Below are positions 51,033 to 60,098 of a stretch of DNA of 61,234 nucleotides, one piece after another; within the stretch, counting starts at the first letter, position 1; every line of letters begins with the position of its first letter. The notes under the pieces are model-generated. The model saw only the letters and a program-made list of their open reading frames with translations. It was not told where the DNA came from and did not search any database. The DNA is from an uncultured Cellvibrionaceae bacterium (GTDB lineage: Bacteria; Pseudomonadota; Gammaproteobacteria; Pseudomonadales; Cellvibrionaceae), in NCBI GenBank assembly GCA_964641175.1, contig CAZXLJ010000003.1, positions 1-61,234 on the forward strand, read 5' to 3'. A program made the position numbers and the translations under genes.

Positions 51033-51497
51033 TCGAAACGCTCGGAATTGTTCCCCATTGGGTCAATTATCGAACGGCTGTGTCAATATGTGATTTGCCA
51101 ATCCTGCCAGCTCAGCTTGTTATCCATATAGCCATCCTTTAATGTAAACCGCATTACCGCCCGGGACGTACTGTTCGGCTATGACATGGCTGATGCCCCG
51201 CCGGCGCTGGTTTTAGTGTCGGGTTCGATGAAGAGCCAGTGCAGGCAGACCAGCTTTGCTGGCGGGGCGAATCCGTACTGCAAGAGTATCCCTTTTTATC
51301 GCAAGGTATCCGGAATGTTCCAATATAAAAATAATTGAGCATGAACAACTGAAAAAATTCTGAAGAATCGCATACCAAAAACGTTAAGAACTTTCACCAC
51401 CCGACGGTTGGTTCGTCGGTGTGATGCGTTGCCGCGTCAGTAAGCTGAACAATCAGATTTGCTTGACAGGCCATACACCTGATAGATCGAGATTCTC

Positions 51498-53456
51498 ATG
51501 CGCAAATTTTTTCAGATCGGTTTGATATCGGTTTTGTTTTTCAGCAGTACAGTCGCTTTCGCGCAATCAATAGACCTTCCAGCAATCATTTCAGACGGGA
51601 TGGTCGTTCAGTCTGGTAAACCGGTGCCAGTTTGGGGATGGAGTACGCCCGGGGAAACGGTCAAGGTGTGGTTTAAGGGGAAGCATCGACGAGCACGCGC
51701 GAACCCGGAAGGATACTGGAAGGTGCAGTTTCCTTCGTCGGAGCCGGGCGGTCCATTCAAGATTAAGGTCGCAGTCGCTGGCACGCTGAAAGAAATAAAC
51801 GAAGTCTTTGTGGGAGATGTCTGGCTGGTCAGCGGTGAAGGCCACGGTATGTTGAACGGGTCAATCATCGAATCGGCCGCACAGAGTTCCGACGATTCCG
51901 CCGATGGCTCGTATCTACAGGAAGCGCCCGCAGCTGCAAATAAAGCTAATGCATCCGTCATCCGTTTTTTCAAAGTCGAACAGGATTTTTCGGCGGTGCC
52001 AGAAAATGACATTGGGAACGAAGTCTGGCGGTTACCCCTGGATCCCAATGTAAGTGCGAGCACTATCTCCCGGATGTTGGCAGAACGTAACTTCCGTACA
52101 CGAAATGTCCCGGTTGGAGTCATTGAAGCACTTTGGGAAGACACTCCTGCGCAAGCCTGGATCGCTCCGCAAGATCAATCGCATTTGAGCGACTTCGCTG
52201 CAGAGGCGGGTAGCCTTCTCAATGAGCCACATATCTGGCAATCACGATTCCAGAAGCACCGTCGCAACCTCGAGATCAGGCGGGAAGTTATGAATAACGC
52301 GGATGACTTCCTTTCTATCGGAATCCATCGCGACGATTATGACGAGATGGCTTGGCCCGAAATCAATATTCCCTTTGATGAATCCTGGACAGGAATTGTA
52401 TGGCTACGAAAACGATTCGATTGGCGCGGCTCGCCGTCACAGCCGGCGGAACTTTTCCTGAGCGGACTAAAGGACACCAGTTGGGCCTTTATTAATGGGA
52501 AGAGACTGGGCGAATTGAATGCCGACACCACCCACGTCCCAATTCCAGCGGGCACGCTCAGGCGAGGGGTCAATAACCTGACATTACGGATAGTAAACGC
52601 GGACAGGGGTCTCATCCAGTTTGGAAAACACGAATCCGCGACCATTAAAAGCGCCAACAATTCCGCTGTGCTAGAGGGGACCTGGAAGTACAATGACGTA
52701 ATTGAGGGCCGCTTGCCGCGTATCCTTCAATCACCGCAGCGTACTGCCGGCGTACTGTATAACGCGATGATCCACCCGTTGAAAGGGTACCCCATTGCCG
52801 GCGTGATATGGCATCAGGGGGAGAGTAATCTGGAGCAGGCGGGCAGCTACGAGTTGCTCTTGAGGACCCTCATCTATAGTTGGAGATTGAAGTGGAACGA
52901 GATGAAGTTGCCATTTATCGTTATCCAGGTGCCGGCAGCAGATGCGACGGCTGAGCCACTGGAAGGAGCGCGGGCCGAATTGCGCTCTGCGCAGCATAAA
53001 GCACTGACCCTGCCTTACACGAATCTGGCTGCGACCCTCGATCTGCCGAGCCGGAGCTATGGAGAGAAAGAGTTCAACGAAGTAATACACAGGATCTGGA
53101 GACTGGCCGAGACTTCGATATTTGGAGGCAAAGGCCCGGTAGCCACCGGGCCTGTCCTTAAAAAAAGCCATCGCAAAAATAAAAAAATTGTGTTGAAGTT
53201 CGATGCAGCTGCCGACGGCTTGATTCTGGGTGAAAATGGAGAAACCGAGTTGCATCAATCCGGCCTGGAATTGTTTACCAACGATGAGTTAATTGAGCCT
53301 CGGCAGGTGGCAGTGGACGGAGACACCATTACACTGGATGTCGGGGACATTGCTGATGCGATTACCGTACGCTATGCCTGGGCCGACAATCCGAGCGCGG
53401 GAATTTATAACTCGGAAAAACTGCCCGCCCTTCCTTTTGAGGCGCATCTCAAATAA
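51498..53456 (+). CDS. Sialate O-acetylesterase (SASA/DUF303) family carbohydrate esterase, secreted
   Basis: 652 aa. Signal peptide (MRKFFQIGLISVLFFSSTVAFAQ), GDVWLVSG... N-terminal block, an internal beta-sandwich insertion, then GVIWHQGESN and the distal blocks typical of the family. Confidence 0.75.
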   Translation: MRKFFQIGLISVLFFSSTVAFAQSIDLPAIISDGMVVQSGKPVPVWGWSTPGETVKVWFKGKHRRARANPEGYWKVQFPSSEPGGPFKIKVAVAGTLKEINEVFVGDVWLVSGEGHGMLNGSIIESAAQSSDDSADGSYLQEAPAAANKANASVIRFFKVEQDFSAVPENDIGNEVWRLPLDPNVSASTISRMLAERNFRTRNVPVGVIEALWEDTPAQAWIAPQDQSHLSDFAAEAGSLLNEPHIWQSRFQKHRRNLEIRREVMNNADDFLSIGIHRDDYDEMAWPEINIPFDESWTGIVWLRKRFDWRGSPSQPAELFLSGLKDTSWAFINGKRLGELNADTTHVPIPAGTLRRGVNNLTLRIVNADRGLIQFGKHESATIKSANNSAVLEGTWKYNDVIEGRLPRILQSPQRTAGVLYNAMIHPLKGYPIAGVIWHQGESNLEQAGSYELLLRTLIYSWRLKWNEMKLPFIVIQVPAADATAEPLEGARAELRSAQHKALTLPYTNLAATLDLPSRSYGEKEFNEVIHRIWRLAETSIFGGKGPVATGPVLKKSHRKNKKIVLKFDAAADGLILGENGETELHQSGLELFTNDELIEPRQVAVDGDTITLDVGDIADAITVRYAWADNPSAGIYNSEKLPALPFEAHLK

Positions 53457-53485
53457 TCGAACCACATCCCGGAGTTTCAGAATCC

Positions 53486-54874
53486 ATGAATCAGCATCTC
53501 CAGGACGCTTATGCAAAGTTGGGTACCATGATGTTTTTGTGGAGGGCAGTTCTGCTAATCACCCTTTCGGGAATTGTTGCAGGTTGCCAGTCACAAAGTA
53601 CCAGAGGAACAGATCCGACCGCAGGTGAGGGAGGGCGCTCAAATGAGCATTTCATAACGGTTGACGGCACGCATCTGAAAAAGGGACAGAAGACTTATTA
53701 TTTTGCTGGAGCAAACTATTGGTATGGTCCTTATCTGGGCGCGTCGGCGGATGGACGGAAGCGGATGCAAAAGGAGCTGGATCAATTAGGAGCCATGGGA
53801 GTGACCAATCTTCGTATACTGGCTTCTTCTGAAAAGACAGCGGCATCTATGGCAGTTGCGCCCGCGATTCATGCCGCACCAGGTGAGTATGACGAGGCAC
53901 TCCTTATCGGGCTAGATTATCTGCTGGTCGAAATGGCCAAGCGGAAAATGCACGCGGTACTGTATTTGAATAACTTTTGGCAGTGGTCCGGTGGAATGTC
54001 GCAGTATGTCGCATGGTCCACCAACAGCCCGGTATTGGATCCGGATATTACCGGGCAGTGGAACGAATTCATGCAGAATTCCGCGAGCTTCTATCGCGAT
54101 AATGAAGCCCAGGCCTGGTTTCAGAAGGCGATTTCGGAATTAGTTTTGCGTGTGAATACTGTCAATGGAATTCGCTATGCAGATGATTCAACGATAATGG
54201 CCTGGCAGCTTGCGAACGAACCCAGGCCGGGCAGTAACGCCGAAGGTCGGCCGTTTTTTCCGGTTTATAAAAGCTGGCTGTCCGATACGGCTGCGTTCAT
54301 CAAATCACTGGATCCCAACCATTTAGTCAGCACGGGAAGCGAGGGATCCATGGGTACACTGGGTGATATTGATCTTTACATCGAAGCGCACCACGATCCT
54401 AATATTGATTACTTGACGTTTCATCTTTGGCCCAAAAACTGGGGCTGGATTGACATCCTCAAGCCAGAGGAAACGTTTCAGAGCGCGCTGACAAATTCCC
54501 GCGCCTATATTCTCCAGCATATCCAGGTCGCTCGTACTCTTAATAAACCGATAGTACTTGAGGAGTTCGGCATGGAGCGGGACCACGGTAACCATCGATT
54601 AAGTTCTACAACGACGGTCCGCGACAGGTTTTACAAGGAAATCTACCAGCTTTTGCACGGCCAGGCGCGCTTGGGGTTCCCGATCGCAGGATCGAATTTC
54701 TGGGGATGGGGCGGGGCTGGCAGGGCACAATCCGAAGACCTCATCTGGAACTCTGGAGATGCGTTTACGGGTGATCCTCCTCATGAACCTCAGGGTATGA
54801 ATTCGGTATTTGATGTCGATGCAACGACTATTGAGATTATCTCGCAGCATGCCAAGTCCATGCGCGCCCTCTAA
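53486..54874 (+). CDS. Glycoside hydrolase family 5 protein (beta-mannanase-like), lipoprotein/secreted
   Basis: Signal/lipobox (LITLSGIVAGCQS), acid/base WQLANEPR and nucleophile IVLEEFG, plus FHLWP. This pattern is typical of GH5 endo-beta-1,4-mannanases. Confidence 0.78.
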   Translation: MNQHLQDAYAKLGTMMFLWRAVLLITLSGIVAGCQSQSTRGTDPTAGEGGRSNEHFITVDGTHLKKGQKTYYFAGANYWYGPYLGASADGRKRMQKELDQLGAMGVTNLRILASSEKTAASMAVAPAIHAAPGEYDEALLIGLDYLLVEMAKRKMHAVLYLNNFWQWSGGMSQYVAWSTNSPVLDPDITGQWNEFMQNSASFYRDNEAQAWFQKAISELVLRVNTVNGIRYADDSTIMAWQLANEPRPGSNAEGRPFFPVYKSWLSDTAAFIKSLDPNHLVSTGSEGSMGTLGDIDLYIEAHHDPNIDYLTFHLWPKNWGWIDILKPEETFQSALTNSRAYILQHIQVARTLNKPIVLEEFGMERDHGNHRLSSTTTVRDRFYKEIYQLLHGQARLGFPIAGSNFWGWGGAGRAQSEDLIWNSGDAFTGDPPHEPQGMNSVFDVDATTIEIISQHAKSMRAL

Positions 54875-54885
54875 GTGGCAACCTT

Positions 54886-55587
54886 ATGTCGCAGTACCCG
54901 GTAGAAATGCTGTCATTGATCGCGCGAACACCTGATTACCTGGTTGTCAACAAACCACCCGGCATGGTGACACAGGGTGCAGATGCTGACGGCAATTTAT
55001 TGGCGCGAATCAGAATGCTGTATCCGGAACAACCGGCTTATCCGGTCCATCGGCTTGATGCCGGAACCTCGGGGCTGGTCCTGGTGGCAACTACCGGTGA
55101 CGGAAATGTGAAGTTGTCGCGCAGCTTTCAAAACCAGGCAGTACAAAAAATCTATCTGGCACTGATCGACCGAAGACCTTCTAAAAAACAGGGCAAGATT
55201 ATCGGAGATATGGCAAAAAGCAGAGACGGCAACTGGATGTTGCAGCGAACCCGATCGAACGCTGCCATTACTACGTTTTTTAGCGTTGGCCTCGGTGACG
55301 GGTTGCGCCTGGTGGTACTGCAGCCCAAAACGGGAAAGACCCACCAGCTAAGGGTTGCCATGAAATCTGTCGGAGCCCCAATACTGGGAGATAGCCGCTA
55401 CGGCGGTACGCCTGCCGACCGGCTATATCTGCATGCGTGGCAACTGATATTGCCATGGGACGATGAGGTAAGGCGATATGTCGCACCCACCACTGCAGGC
55501 GTTCATTTTCAGACTGCACAAATGCTAGTTGCATTGCGACGTGTTGAAGAGACAGCGTTGGTCAGCAGCCAGGGAACGGATCGTTAG
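54886..55587 (+). CDS. RluA family pseudouridine synthase
   Basis: 233 aa. VVNKPPGM, catalytic HRLDAGTSGLVLVA and ...KTGKTHQLRV motifs. There is no S4 domain and the target is unknown. Confidence 0.85.
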   Translation: MSQYPVEMLSLIARTPDYLVVNKPPGMVTQGADADGNLLARIRMLYPEQPAYPVHRLDAGTSGLVLVATTGDGNVKLSRSFQNQAVQKIYLALIDRRPSKKQGKIIGDMAKSRDGNWMLQRTRSNAAITTFFSVGLGDGLRLVVLQPKTGKTHQLRVAMKSVGAPILGDSRYGGTPADRLYLHAWQLILPWDDEVRRYVAPTTAGVHFQTAQMLVALRRVEETALVSSQGTDR

Positions 55588-55602
55588 GGGCTTCTTGTTT
55601 AT

Positions 55603-57144
55603 ATGTCTGTAAAAATGCCTTCCGGTCGCGCTGCCTGGCTATCCCTGCTCATTGGTGTATTGCTCGTGCTGCTCGCTGCGGGAGTTATAGGGATTCGTCA
55701 TCTTTCGAGCTTTCAGGTCGGTTTCGAGAAAGTGCCGGAGGCTACTCTTCTTCCGCGTGCATGTGGTTATTTCCCGCGTTATGGAATCGATCTTCAGTGC
55801 TATTGGTACCGGAGCCCGGAAGGCTTCCGTCTACCGGTGGCGGTATTCTCCCACGAGGACAATCGTCAGCGTGATCCGCTGGTCTACCTTGCCGGAGGGC
55901 CAGGCGAGAGCCGCAATATGGATCCGGGTGGTTTGGCCTTTTGGAACAGCTGGTACAACAACGCTCAGATCGATCGGGATTTTATCGTCTTTGACTACAG
56001 GGGTGCTGCCCTTGGCGAACCGACCTGGGAGTGCCGGTCGTTCATCGAACTGTCGAAGCAGGGCATGATGGTGCAGTCTTCTCTGGAAGAGAGTCAGGAG
56101 TGGGCACTTAAAGAACTTGGGCGTTGCGTGAAGGATTGGGACAGTTCGCTGCGTCGCCGACTGGCGATCACAGTCCCTGCGGGCGAAGTGTCTCGGCTGT
56201 TCAGTTCCCGCCACAACGCCGGAGACGCTAACGGCATTGCTCACGCCCTGGGCTATTCACAGTGGAACTTTCTGGGCGTGTCCTATGGAACCCGCGTGGC
56301 TTTACTGGCCGCGATGGACGAGCCGCGTGTACGACGGGTAATCCTGGATTCGCCATACCCTCTTCAAGTAGGGGATCTGGTTGAAAGTACACGCGTGTGG
56401 ATTGAAGCATTCGAACATTTTTGGCGTGCATGTAATGCAGGAGAAGTGTGCGCTAAAGGTAATGAAACCGATGCGAAAACAGCATTCTGGAAAGCGATGG
56501 AGCTGCTGAGAGAGACTCCGCTGGAGCTGCGGCTTGACGATTGGTACAGCGCCGGCACTGTCGATTTGATTGTCGACGATTTAAAATTTATGCATGTAAT
56601 TTACTCCGCAATGCATAGCCAGGAATCGTATCAAAAAATAAAGCCGGTCATTGATGACGTTCTGGCAGGTCAAGCTGTCCGGCACCGGGAGATTTTCGAA
56701 AACTTTTATAATTTTTCGTTCGATCCATCGTTTAACTCCATGCTTTATTTCGCTACCGAATGCACCGATAACCGCCGGGTGCCGGAGGAAGAATTCGAGG
56801 CGCTGCTTCCCGACGCAGGTGCCTGGAGGCGCTATATCTCGCTCGATTGGCGCTATGATATCTGTCGCCACGACTTCTTTGAGCCCATTCCTTTGCCCCC
56901 TATGGGTCTGATAAAAATACCGGCATTGGTGGTGGTCGGTGAACGAGATCCTGTAACGCCGCTTCGCCATGCTCAATTACTGAGACGCCACCTGCCTCAT
57001 GCAATGCACTTGCAGCTGCCGCGGCGGTCCCATGCTGAATTTTTCAATGAAGACTGCGGTTTCGAAATGATCCAGTGGTTCCTCGACGAGCCCATACAAT
57101 CACCCGAATCGTCCGAAATACCCATGGTCGGAGCATGTCACTAA
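55603..57144 (+). CDS. Alpha/beta hydrolase (S33 / tripeptidyl-aminopeptidase-like), membrane-anchored or secreted
   Basis: 513 aa. N-terminal TM/signal, GGPGES oxyanion region, GVSYGT nucleophile elbow and C-terminal GERDPVTP ... SH (Asp/His). Confidence 0.78.
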   Translation: MSVKMPSGRAAWLSLLIGVLLVLLAAGVIGIRHLSSFQVGFEKVPEATLLPRACGYFPRYGIDLQCYWYRSPEGFRLPVAVFSHEDNRQRDPLVYLAGGPGESRNMDPGGLAFWNSWYNNAQIDRDFIVFDYRGAALGEPTWECRSFIELSKQGMMVQSSLEESQEWALKELGRCVKDWDSSLRRRLAITVPAGEVSRLFSSRHNAGDANGIAHALGYSQWNFLGVSYGTRVALLAAMDEPRVRRVILDSPYPLQVGDLVESTRVWIEAFEHFWRACNAGEVCAKGNETDAKTAFWKAMELLRETPLELRLDDWYSAGTVDLIVDDLKFMHVIYSAMHSQESYQKIKPVIDDVLAGQAVRHREIFENFYNFSFDPSFNSMLYFATECTDNRRVPEEEFEALLPDAGAWRRYISLDWRYDICRHDFFEPIPLPPMGLIKIPALVVVGERDPVTPLRHAQLLRRHLPHAMHLQLPRRSHAEFFNEDCGFEMIQWFLDEPIQSPESSEIPMVGACH

Positions 57145-57253
57145 AGATGTCTCCGGTGATCTAACAGGGCCCCGGCTGGTGTTTCCGACCGGACACCCAG
57201 ACTCCATAAAGTTTAGTGGGTTCGGCCCGAATAAAAAAGTGTTGCATCGAAGC

Positions 57254-57281
57254 CTTGAAATTCTTTTGGCGAATCTCATAT
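57254..57281 (+). promoter_or_regulatory. Candidate sigma-32 heat-shock promoter of ibpA
   Basis: CTTGAAA (57254-57260), a 13-nt spacer, then TCTCATAT (57274-57281). Compare the consensus CTTGAAA-N13/14-CCCCATNT. It sits about 70 nt upstream of the ibpA ATG. Confidence 0.4.
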
Positions 57282-57350
57282 TCCTAGTCAGCAGATGTCC
57301 GTGGCGGAGTTTGCTGAACTGAAACATTTTGCTTCTTTGGAGGATTTGTT

Positions 57351-57842
57351 ATGAATATTGATTTGACACCTTTATATCGTCACACCGTTGGATATGACCG
57401 TTTTGCATCACTCTTGGACGCAGCCTTGAGAGGTGAGACTGTGGGGTCAAGCTTCCCCCCGTACAATATAGAGGTGGTAGATGAAGACCGATACGCGATT
57501 ACGCTGGCGGTAGCCGGGTTCGCTCGGGATGAGCTTGAAATAGAGCTCGAAAAAGGGATTTTGTCCATACGGGGAAGAAAGAATGCCGAGCCTGCTACAC
57601 ACAAGTACCTGCATCAGGGGATTGCATTCCGAAGTTTCGAGCGGAAATTCAATTTGGCCGAGCATGTGGAAGTTCAAGGCGCGGATTACCGGGACGGACT
57701 TTTGATTATCTCGCTAGTTCGAAGAGTACCAGAAGCCATGAAGCCAAGGCGTATCGAGATTGGCACCCAGAGACCCGTACTAACCCAGGATGCCAGCCAG
57801 GGTAATGAAAAATCCGTGGAACGGGCGGACCAGGCGGCATAA
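57351..57842 (+). CDS. ibpA: Small heat shock protein IbpA (Hsp20 family)
   Basis: MNIDLTPLYRHTVGYDRFASLLD..., PPYNIE and the alpha-crystallin domain (AVAGFARDELEIELEKGILSIRG...) are collinear with E. coli IbpA/B. Confidence 0.92.
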   Translation: MNIDLTPLYRHTVGYDRFASLLDAALRGETVGSSFPPYNIEVVDEDRYAITLAVAGFARDELEIELEKGILSIRGRKNAEPATHKYLHQGIAFRSFERKFNLAEHVEVQGADYRDGLLIISLVRRVPEAMKPRRIEIGTQRPVLTQDASQGNEKSVERADQAA

Positions 57843-57885
57843 ACACAAGGGGAACAGCTCACCGAATTTATGTGAGCACAATTTT

Positions 57886-57908
57886 AAGGCGGCATTTATG
57901 CCGCCTTT
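57886..57908 (+). terminator. Rho-independent terminator of ibpA
   Basis: Palindrome AAGGCGGCA-TTT(A)-TGCCGCCTT, followed by TCG. It lies 44 nt after the ibpA stop. Confidence 0.65.
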
Positions 57909-57989
57909 CGTGGCATCCATCTTGGTTTGGTATTTGCGGTTTTTTCTTCCTGCCGGATTGGTTTAATATCAGTCAGCTCGTCCGCAGCA

Positions 57990-58019
57990 TTGATTGTCGC
58001 AGCGGGTCCTGTCTAAAAT
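57990..58019 (+). promoter_or_regulatory. Candidate sigma-70 promoter for the rhodanese gene
   Basis: TTGATT (57990-57995), an 18-nt spacer, then TAAAAT (58014-58019), 23 nt upstream of ATG 58042. Confidence 0.3.
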
Positions 58020-58041
58020 TCACGCTGGCTCGGGAGATGAT

Positions 58042-58311
58042 ATGGCTATCTGGATCGATGTACGTACACAAGAGGAGTACGCCCAAGGGCATATTGAGGG
58101 GGCACTACTTATTCCATATGAGGAAATAGGCGTGCGAATCTCCAGGGTAACGGAAGAACGGGACGCGGATATCCGTGTTTATTGCAAGTCTGGTCGCCGA
58201 TCCGAGGTGGCCAAAGAAACTCTTCAGGCAATTGGATATCGCCGGGTAATCAATGAGGGAGGGTTTGTCGATCTGTTAGAGCGCAAAGCGCAAGGAGACC
58301 CTATCCCTTAG
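58042..58311 (+). CDS. Single-domain rhodanese-like sulfurtransferase (PspE/GlpE-like)
   Basis: ORF 57994..58311 (TTG start). I prefer ATG 58042 (MAIWIDVRTQEEYAQGHIEGALLIPY), which is preceded by GGGAG. Active-site loop CKSGRRS. Confidence 0.8.
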   Translation: MAIWIDVRTQEEYAQGHIEGALLIPYEEIGVRISRVTEERDADIRVYCKSGRRSEVAKETLQAIGYRRVINEGGFVDLLERKAQGDPIP

Positions 58312-59390
58312 CGGTTTCGCGAATCTCGATGGGTAGGTCCGAGAGCGAGACGGACTATTTTGAAACGACCATCGTTGGTTAGGCAATCGACACGGCCGAA
58401 GAAGCGCTTGGCTGCTTTTTCCAGCGGTAGAAAGCTGTTAACGACGAAGTAAGCGGCTCCATCGGAATTAAGTTTCTGTGCCGCCGCTTTTAGAAATTTC
58501 TGGTGCATGTTTGCATCGATATCAAATCCTTTGTGGAATGGCGGATTGCACAGGATCAGGTCAAACGATCCATCGACCCTGTCCGCACTGTCTGCTGCTA
58601 TAACCGCTACTGAAATTCCAAACTCTTTCGCATTCGCCTGCATGCAGGCTATAGCTCCGGCATTATTGTCAGTGGCCACTCTTGATGAGATTGGAAATGC
58701 GCTGGTGGCAAGAGTGAGATAGCCATACCCGCAACCAAGATCAAGGAGAGAATCTACGCGCCTGCCATCCAGCTCGCCGGTCCGCATCAAAGCTTCGACC
58801 AGCAACGCACTGCCGTGGTCTACTTTATCCCACCCGTAGACTCCCGGCTTGCTTAACACGGAATGTCCGAGCAGGGTAAGAACAGGACGCATCAATCGGT
58901 AATCCTGGTCATCTAGAAGTCGAGCGGGGGAGATATCCTGCTTGGTGATTTGCAGAAAATAGACCCGCCCGTCTTTTATCAGTCCGTTTGAAGAATTAAA
59001 TAGCATTTTGGCTTTTTGAGCATAGGTCTTTATTCCCTCATCTTTGTATCCGGAGAGGAAAAGCTCGCCCCCTGCGGGGAGTCTGCTGAATGCAAGATTG
59101 AGTAGGTGCTGGGTCACCGCCTTTTCTTTGCTGACCCGCAGAAATACTCTGTCGAATAACAGTTCGGCGGGTATTACCCAGTCGGAAAATATCGATTCAA
59201 TGCGGCTTTTCCGGGCCAGTTGCGCGACATCGAAGCGGTTACTGATCAGCGTCAGGGAATCTCTGTGCATGGCAAGATCGTCAATGACTACGTCATGACT
59301 CTCGTCGGCAAACCACAGTGCACGCTGACGGTGCCCATCCGGGTTCGACGACAGCTGGCCGAGAAGTGGGGTGAAGGCTTGATCAGTCAC
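58308..59390 (-). CDS. rsmC: rRNA (guanine-N2)-methyltransferase, RsmC/RlmG family
   Basis: 360 aa. Duplicated MTase fold. The C-terminal half has LLDLGCGYGYL (motif I) and ILCNPPFH (motif IV, NPPF), as in E. coli RsmC. RsmC and RlmG cannot be told apart by eye. Confidence 0.72.
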   Translation of the reverse strand: MTDQAFTPLLGQLSSNPDGHRQRALWFADESHDVVIDDLAMHRDSLTLISNRFDVAQLARKSRIESIFSDWVIPAELLFDRVFLRVSKEKAVTQHLLNLAFSRLPAGGELFLSGYKDEGIKTYAQKAKMLFNSSNGLIKDGRVYFLQITKQDISPARLLDDQDYRLMRPVLTLLGHSVLSKPGVYGWDKVDHGSALLVEALMRTGELDGRRVDSLLDLGCGYGYLTLATSAFPISSRVATDNNAGAIACMQANAKEFGISVAVIAADSADRVDGSFDLILCNPPFHKGFDIDANMHQKFLKAAAQKLNSDGAAYFVVNSFLPLEKAAKRFFGRVDCLTNDGRFKIVRLALGPTHRDSRNR

Positions 59391-60094
59391 AGTTCGACGG
59401 TGTCGATTTCTGAGCGGTTGAGCATTCTGTACTGGCCCGGTATCAGCGCCGGGTCGAGTTGAATGGAACCAACCTGAAGCCGATGCAGAGCGACGACATG
59501 GTTCCCAACAGCGGCGAACATCCGTTTTACCTGATGATAGCGGCCTTCTTGCAGAGTAATTTTCACTACTTTCTCTGATATTTTTGCGATTTCACAGGGT
59601 AGGGTGGGATGGCTCTCGGAGCGCAGAAGTATGCCATTTTCCAATACTATTGCTGCAGCAGTGGATAGCGGGTCGCTCAATTGGACCAGATATGTTTTTC
59701 GGGTTGGTCCCCGAGGGGAGGTGATGCGGTGGTTCCATTGCCCATCGGTTGTGATCAGAACCAGACCGGTGGTGTCCAGGTCAAGCCTTCCTGCAATCTG
59801 CAAGGATTGGCGCTGCAGCGCGCTTATATCCCTCGGATTGAGCAGATCCACAACAGTTGGATGTTCCGAGTCCGTGGTCGCGCAAACCGTACCGGTCGGT
59901 TTGTTGAGCATCAGATAAACAGGTTGCGGTATTTCCAGAGGCCGAGCATCGAGACAGACAGTAGAACCAGTACTCAGTCTGGATGTGCTTCTGCAGATTT
60001 CTCCGTCGACTGTCACCCGACCCTGCCGCAGCGCTTCGGCAACTTGAGATCGAGTCAACGTGGTCGCATGGCTTATGAATTTTTCGAGACGCAT
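59387..60094 (-). CDS. rsuA: 16S rRNA pseudouridine(516) synthase (RsuA family)
   Basis: 235 aa. N-terminal S4 domain (MRLEKFISHATTLTRSQVAEALRQGRVTVDGE) and catalytic GRLDLDTTGLVLIT. Its stop overlaps the rsmC-like start by 4 nt. Confidence 0.82.
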   Translation of the reverse strand: MRLEKFISHATTLTRSQVAEALRQGRVTVDGEICRSTSRLSTGSTVCLDARPLEIPQPVYLMLNKPTGTVCATTDSEHPTVVDLLNPRDISALQRQSLQIAGRLDLDTTGLVLITTDGQWNHRITSPRGPTRKTYLVQLSDPLSTAAAIVLENGILLRSESHPTLPCEIAKISEKVVKITLQEGRYHQVKRMFAAVGNHVVALHRLQVGSIQLDPALIPGQYRMLNRSEIDTVEL

Positions 60095-60098
60095 GAAT

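Noticed and set aside
51033-51497. 465-bp spacer between the AGE epimerase and the esterase, which seemed AT-richer and contains a 74-aa minus-strand ORF (51154..51378).
   Set aside because: The ORF is not protein-like (Ser/Cys/Pro-rich, no RBS) and I saw no repeats or RNA motifs. It is most simply a promoter/regulatory spacer. I could not compute GC content precisely, so I make no claim of foreign origin.
49690-57144. Idea that the carbohydrate genes, RluA-like synthase and hydrolase downstream of tRNA-Pro(CGG) form a tRNA-targeted genomic island.
   Set aside because: The genes lie on the 5' side of the minus-strand tRNA, whereas islands normally integrate at the 3' end. I saw no integrase, no direct repeat of the tRNA end and no mobility genes.
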